Below, in pieces: positions 59,385 to 64,000 of a stretch of 64,000 nt of DNA. The stretch is from positions 77,872 through 141,871 of the forward strand of contig JAUYNJ010000004.1 in NCBI GenBank assembly GCA_030696105.1. The letters run 5' to 3'. A model generated the notes under the pieces. The model searched no databases. It was not told where the DNA came from and was given only the letters and a program-made list of their open reading frames with translations. Every line of letters starts with the position of its first letter. The stretch's first letter is position 1. The position numbers and the translations under genes were made by a program. The stretch comes from a bacterium. Lineage in GTDB: Bacteria > Patescibacteriota > Patescibacteriia > Patescibacteriales > UBA12465.

Positions 59385-60200
59385 TTATTTTTTACTCTTC
59401 TTCTTTGCCGGTTTCTCCGTCTCTTCGACAGGAGCGGCCTCTTCTTCAATTTCTTCAGTATTTAAATCGGCAGCAACTACCTCTTCTTCTTCAATCACCG
59501 GGGCAGGCTCTTTGGAACGAGGTAAAAGTGCGTTGAACTGATCAACTAAGATCTGAGTCGCCTGATTAAAGGCTTCCATCGGACTCAAGGTGCCATCGGT
59601 TCTCATGTTAATTAGGAGCTTGTCCCAATTCGTCATTTTACCGACACGGGTATTTTCAACGTCGAGGCTAACTGACAAGACGGGAGAAAAGATGGAATCG
59701 ATTTCGATATATCCTAATTCGTTATTTTCGCGCTTTGCACCTTCACTGAGGCGATAGCCTCTGCCTGGGCGGGCGAAAATTTCGACTTCAAGACTAGCTT
59801 TATCATCGGTCAGAGTAGCAAGCACTAATTCTGGATTCTTAATTTCAACTGCCGTATTCTTCGTGATCATTTCAGCGGTAACAGATTGCTTCCCTTTAAC
59901 TTTCAGTTCGAGGCGGACTTCTTCATCGCCGTGAATTTTCAAACGTAACTGCTTGATATTGAGCATGATTTCCAAAATATCTTCCTGAATACCAGACATG
60001 GTTGTAAACTCATGACTTGCGCCCTTGATTTTAACACCAACGACGGCTGCTCCTGGTAAAGAGGATAACAAAACGCGGCGCAAGGAATTGCCAAGGGTCA
60101 TGCCATAGCCGGGATATAAAGGTTCCACGACGATAACACCTTCATTAGCATTTTTTCCTTCAAGGAAATCTACTTTTTTTGGTAAAGCGATGTTTTCCAT
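59385..60200 (-). CDS. rpoA: RNA polymerase alpha subunit, N-terminal domain only, with an acidic tail in place of the alpha-CTD
   Basis: NTD motifs (GNSLRRVLLSSLPGAAV, GYIEIDSIFSPV). After residue ~225 there is only PVIEEEEVVAADLNTEEIEEEAAPVEETEKPAKKKSKK. Confidence 0.9.
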   Translation of the reverse strand: MENIALPKKVDFLEGKNANEGVIVVEPLYPGYGMTLGNSLRRVLLSSLPGAAVVGVKIKGASHEFTTMSGIQEDILEIMLNIKQLRLKIHGDEEVRLELKVKGKQSVTAEMITKNTAVEIKNPELVLATLTDDKASLEVEIFARPGRGYRLSEGAKRENNELGYIEIDSIFSPVLSVSLDVENTRVGKMTNWDKLLINMRTDGTLSPMEAFNQATQILVDQFNALLPRSKEPAPVIEEEEVVAADLNTEEIEEEAAPVEETEKPAKKKSKK

Positions 60201-60282
60201 AAAACATGAAAGCCATCAACGCGCAGTCTTACGCCTCCCGGGAATCCCGAGACTGACGCCTCCTCAGCGCGCTAAACGACGA

Positions 60283-60933
60283 TTATTTTGAATAATACTC
60301 AATGATCATCTGGACATTGAAGTTTACTGGTAAATCAGAGTCAACTGGCTCATGCAGTACTTTTCCTTTGAGTTCCGCTCCATTTAAATTAAGCCAACCA
60401 GGAAGTTCAGTCTTCTTCTTTAAAGACTCAGTAATCTGCTTGAAATATGGGCTCTTAACACTTCCAGGGCGAACTGCGATTTCTTGTCCTTCCTTAACAA
60501 TAAATGACGGGATATCGGTCTTTACGCCGTTAACCTGGAAATGACCGTGGTTAATAAGTTGTCTCGCTTGAGCGCGTGAAGTTGCGAAGCCAAGACGATA
60601 TACAGTGCTATCAAGACGCATTTCAAGTAAACGTAAGAAATTCTTACCGGCATCACCTGACTTACCAGCAGCCTTTTTGAAGGTTAAGTGGAATTGCTTT
60701 TCCATTAACTGGTAATATTTCTTCAACTTCTGCTTTTCAGTAAGCTGAGTACCGAAATCACTGGATTTACGACGACCGCGAGTCGGTCCGTGAAAACCCG
60801 GAGGAAAATTGCGCTTAACGATACCGCATTTCGGGGTATTACAACGCTCACCCTTCAAGAATAACTTCTCTCCGGCGCGGCGACATTGTGTACATTTGCT
60901 GTCTAAATTTCTTCCCATATTGATTGATGACAA
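60283..60933 (-). CDS. rpsD: 30S ribosomal protein S4
   Basis: KCTQCRRAGEKLFLKGERC and an S4 RNA-binding domain. The likely true start is MGRNL at 60918. Confidence 0.93.
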   Translation of the reverse strand: MSSINMGRNLDSKCTQCRRAGEKLFLKGERCNTPKCGIVKRNFPPGFHGPTRGRRKSSDFGTQLTEKQKLKKYYQLMEKQFHLTFKKAAGKSGDAGKNFLRLLEMRLDSTVYRLGFATSRAQARQLINHGHFQVNGVKTDIPSFIVKEGQEIAVRPGSVKSPYFKQITESLKKKTELPGWLNLNGAELKGKVLHEPVDSDLPVNFNVQMIIEYYSK

Positions 60934-60940
60934 TTAATAA

Positions 60941-61534
60941 TTACACTCTTCTCGGTTTCTTCGGGCGGCAACCATTGTGCGGCACTGAAGTTGTGTCCTT
61001 AATCGCAGCGACTTCAAGGCCGTTAGCATTCAAAGCGCGAATAGCGGCTTCTCTGCCTGTACCTACACCAGAGACGAAGACGCTTACTTCTTGCAAGCCG
61101 TATTCTTCCTTAGCTTTTTGAACTGCAATTTTACAAATAATTTGAGCGGCGTAAGGAGTCGCCTTCTTGGCGCCCTTGAAACCAGCCATGCCGGCGCTTG
61201 CCCAGGAGATGACGTCGCCATGATCATCAGTTAAGGAAATCATGGTGTTGTTATAAGTAGCGTTGATATAAGCGCGACCGACCTTAACGGTGCGAGCGGC
61301 GCGTTTCTTGCGCTTCTTAACTAACTTCTTCTTGGCACGAGCCTGTTTATTCTTTTCCAATTTCTGCTTGATTTCTTCAGGCAATTCCTCATCAGCACCG
61401 GAATCAAGAGAAAAAGGGACGGCTTCGTTTTCGTCCTCATCAGCTGCAACAGCCTGTACTGCCTCAGCCGGAGCTGCGACAACAGGAGTTTCAACCTTTT
61501 CTTCTTCAGTATTTATTTTCTTTTCGTCGGACAT
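60941..61534 (-). CDS. rpsK: 30S ribosomal protein S11 with a low-complexity N-terminal extension of about 75 aa
   Basis: Core sequence [26 protein letters not shown]. Confidence 0.95.
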   Translation of the reverse strand: MSDEKKINTEEEKVETPVVAAPAEAVQAVAADEDENEAVPFSLDSGADEELPEEIKQKLEKNKQARAKKKLVKKRKKRAARTVKVGRAYINATYNNTMISLTDDHGDVISWASAGMAGFKGAKKATPYAAQIICKIAVQKAKEEYGLQEVSVFVSGVGTGREAAIRALNANGLEVAAIKDTTSVPHNGCRPKKPRRV

Positions 61535-61569
61535 AAATAATTGATAAATTAATCTAGAGAGAAGAACGC

Positions 61570-61962
61570 TTAGGTCTTCAAGCCTGCCTTAGAGCGTCCA
61601 CTGACTGCAGTCATACGCTTGTTACCGCGAACGGTGCGACTGTTAGTCTTGGTGCGTTGGCCACGAACCGGTAAGTTGCGCATATGGCGCAGGCCGCGGT
61701 AGCAACCAATTTCTTTCAAGCGCTTGATATTGCTCGCGACTTCACGGCGCAGATCACCTTCAACTGTATGCTTTTTTTCAATTTGCTCGCGAAGACGATT
61801 TGCATCTTCCTCTTTCAAATCTTTTACTTTAGTTTCGGGTGCGATATTAAGCTCAGATAAAATCTTCTTCGCCCGGCTGTTGCCGATACCGAAGATATAG
61901 GTGATAGAGATATCTACTCTTTTATCGTTGGGAATACTTACACCCGCAATTCTTATAGCCAT
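61570..61962 (-). CDS. rpsM: 30S ribosomal protein S13
   Basis: [17 protein letters not shown]-terminus. Confidence 0.95.
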   Translation of the reverse strand: MAIRIAGVSIPNDKRVDISITYIFGIGNSRAKKILSELNIAPETKVKDLKEEDANRLREQIEKKHTVEGDLRREVASNIKRLKEIGCYRGLRHMRNLPVRGQRTKTNSRTVRGNKRMTAVSGRSKAGLKT

Positions 61963-62005
61963 AATAATAATTAGGCGGCCGTCTCGGCCGAGCCTATACT
62001 TAAAT

Positions 62006-62119
62006 TTATCCTTGTCTTTGCTTATGCTTAGGATTTTTACAGATTACATACACGCGGCCTTTGCGGCGGACAGTCTTGCAATCCTTACAGATTTTTTTGG
62101 CACTCGCTCGTACTTTCAT
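62006..62119 (-). CDS. rpmJ: 50S ribosomal protein L36
   Basis: Not in the ORF track. Manual translation gives [37 protein letters not shown]. Confidence 0.93.
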   Translation of the reverse strand: MKVRASAKKICKDCKTVRRKGRVYVICKNPKHKQRQG

Positions 62120-62180
62120 AATGTGGTGAAAAATTTATAAAGGGTTGGGTTAAATCCAAATTTAGTGGGGGCGACGGTGA

Positions 62181-62444
62181 TTAGAGGCGGAAGACGATCC
62201 GACCTTTAGTCAGATCATAGGGGCTCATCTGCATGCGCACGCGGTCGCCAGGAAGTAAGCGGATGCGATTCATTCTCATCTTACCTGAAAGGTGAGCTAA
62301 GATTTCGTGACCGCTATCCAAACGGACGCGGAAAGTCGCTGCCGGCATCAACTCTAAGACCTCGCCTTGCATCTCCAAAAAATCCTTGGCGTTCAAAGTC
62401 TCGGCTGTTTCCTGATTGTTTTTTTTACCTTTTGACATTAACAC
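62181..62444 (-). CDS. infA: translation initiation factor IF-1
   Basis: S1-like core [33 protein letters not shown]...[10 protein letters not shown]. The N-terminus is extended by about 20 aa. Confidence 0.93.
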   Translation of the reverse strand: MLMSKGKKNNQETAETLNAKDFLEMQGEVLELMPAATFRVRLDSGHEILAHLSGKMRMNRIRLLPGDRVRMQMSPYDLTKGRIVFRL

Positions 62445-62451
62445 AAAAAAA

Positions 62452-62482
62452 TTTGATAAAGACTTAATTGAGCCTTATCAAA
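62452..62482 (-). terminator. terminator-like hairpin in the infA leader
   Basis: On the minus strand, a 9-bp stem TTGATAAGG/CTTTATCAA followed by ATTTTTTTG, ending 7 nt before the infA ORF. Confidence 0.45.
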
Positions 62483-62530
62483 ATTTTTAGAGATATTACA
62501 CACTTAATCTTTTTTACTCTCAATGGCAAT

Positions 62531-62559
62531 AGTATATAGATAGGGGCATAAATTGTCAA
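62531..62559 (-). promoter_or_regulatory. putative infA-rpmJ-rpsM operon promoter
   Basis: TTGACA (62554-62559), 17 nt, TATACT (62531-62536), read on the minus strand. Confidence 0.5.
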
Positions 62560-62604
62560 GGGCGATATATTCGACCAAGATCAGGGATTGTGCCCTCGCT
62601 GATA

Positions 62605-64000
62605 TTACTCTAAAACGGCCTTAATTCGACGAACACCAGAAGAAGAAGCCTCTTCTTTCTGTATTCTAAATTTACCTAACTTTCCTATATTTTCCACATG
62701 AGGGCCACCACAAATTTCTCGTGAAAAAATCTCATCCCATTCAGACTGTTTTTTCTTGTTATCAACACCGATTGTATAGACACGTACCGACTCGCCGTAC
62801 TTGGAATCAAAGACGCCGTGCGCATTTGTCGCTTTCGCCTCATCAAGAGGAATTTCTTCATAGGCTACATCGAGACATTTCTCAATGGCTTCATTTATCA
62901 TCTTTTCAACCTGCGCGATCTCTTCTGGTGTGACTTTAGCAGAGTGAGTAAAATCGAAACGTAAACGCTCGGCCGTAATATTGCTGCCCTTTTGGGTAAT
63001 ATGGTCGCCCAAGACTTTGCGTAAAGCAGCGAGCAACATATGTGCGGCTGTGTGTAAGCGAGTTGTTTCTACGCTACTGTCGGCAAGGCCGCCCTTGAAT
63101 TTACCAGCGGAAGCCGTGCGAGATAAGTCCTGGTGTTTTTTTAGCTCCTCTGTAAAGCCAGCACGATCAATTTCTAAACCTCGCTCCTCGGCGATTTCAG
63201 CACTCAACTCCAGCGGGAAACCATAGCTTTGATAGAGGTTGAAGGCCTCAACCCCACCAATTCTTCCCTGCTCAACTTTCAGTTTATCAAATTCTTTCAA
63301 ACCATTTTCTAAAGTATTCTGAAATTTCATCGTTTCTTTTTCGATCTCTATGGTAATTAAATTCTGATTTTCTTCTAGTTCAGGATAGATATCAATATAT
63401 GTTTGGATGACGTTAGAAATCAATTTACTCATCCAAGTATGATTAAATTTAACATCAATGCCAATTTTTCCGGCCTGAACAATCGCACGACGTAACAAGC
63501 GTCGAACGACATACCCTTGCCCGACGTTTGAGGGGGTAACGCCACGCTGATCACCAATAATAAATATCCCCGCTTTGACGTGGTCAGCGATAATACGTAG
63601 GGATTGCGTGGTCTGGACATCACTCCCATATGTCTTGCCTGACAGTATTTCTAATTCTTTGATTAATGGACTGAACAGTTCCGTTTGATAATTATCGCAT
63701 TTACTTAATATGGCCAGCACCCGCTCTAAGCCTAAACCAGTGTCAACATTTTTCTGTTCTAACAAACTAAAGGAACCGTCAGCATTTTTAAAGTATTGCA
63801 TGAAAACATTATTCCAGATTTCAACCCAGAGTTCATTATCATCGTTAAAGCCAGCTGGAACAGTTTCCGGAGTGCCAGACCAATAAAAAATTTCTGTATC
63901 TGGCCCACAAGGTCCCGTCTGACCAGCCGGTCCCCACCAATTATTTTTCTTTGGCAATTTCGCAATCCTTTCGGCCGGCACGCCCATCGCTAACCAAAGG
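62605..64000 (-). CDS. alaS: alanyl-tRNA synthetase, partial (N-terminus beyond the window); ends after the editing domain
   Basis: NNWWGPAGQTGPCGPDTEIFY, tRNA-recognition and editing-domain motifs (HTAAHML, GGPHV). The frame stays open to the window edge. Confidence 0.9.
   Translation of the reverse strand, partial: LWLAMGVPAERIAKLPKKNNWWGPAGQTGPCGPDTEIFYWSGTPETVPAGFNDDNELWVEIWNNVFMQYFKNADGSFSLLEQKNVDTGLGLERVLAILSKCDNYQTELFSPLIKELEILSGKTYGSDVQTTQSLRIIADHVKAGIFIIGDQRGVTPSNVGQGYVVRRLLRRAIVQAGKIGIDVKFNHTWMSKLISNVIQTYIDIYPELEENQNLITIEIEKETMKFQNTLENGLKEFDKLKVEQGRIGGVEAFNLYQSYGFPLELSAEIAEERGLEIDRAGFTEELKKHQDLSRTASAGKFKGGLADSSVETTRLHTAAHMLLAALRKVLGDHITQKGSNITAERLRFDFTHSAKVTPEEIAQVEKMINEAIEKCLDVAYEEIPLDEAKATNAHGVFDSKYGESVRVYTIGVDNKKKQSEWDEIFSREICGGPHVENIGKLGKFRIQKEEASSSGVRRIKAVLE

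Overview
This is a 64-kb window from a gene-dense, small-genome bacterium. Several features are consistent with Patescibacteria/CPR, which is an inference and not a database result: no rpmD between rpsE and rplO, no adk after secY, compact MetK, L13 and RpoA, many orphan membrane proteins, a short ComEC, and Lys/Ala-rich tails on many proteins. The genetic code is standard (RF2 is present and TGA ends ORFs). All but 3 genes are on the minus strand. The region from 23.4 to 64 kb is core genome. It carries rpoD-dnaG, scpAB, asnS, aspS, recO, ruvX, map, secY, the full S10/spc/alpha ribosomal clusters, and the str operon with two orphan genes inserted between fusA and tuf. It also carries rplM-rpsI, fic, prfB, comEC, rpmB, infA-rpmJ and a partial alaS. 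The region from 0 to 15 kb holds envelope genes, mscL, a 1277-aa orphan repeat protein, a candidate ncRNA of about 285 nt bounded by a promoter and a terminator, and a SAM-I riboswitch controlling metK. The most unusual part is an apparently AT-rich island of about 8.5 kb (15.0-23.4 kb). It consists of orphan single-gene cassettes next to tRNA-Asn, and each cassette has its own sigma70-type promoter and terminator. The island contains a duplicated module of about 135 bp (terminator, hairpin, box, promoter) and a conserved box placed exactly 14 nt upstream of the -35 element. I saw no CRISPR array, rRNA, integrase or transposase. All similarity statements are made by eye from the sequence and no searches were run.
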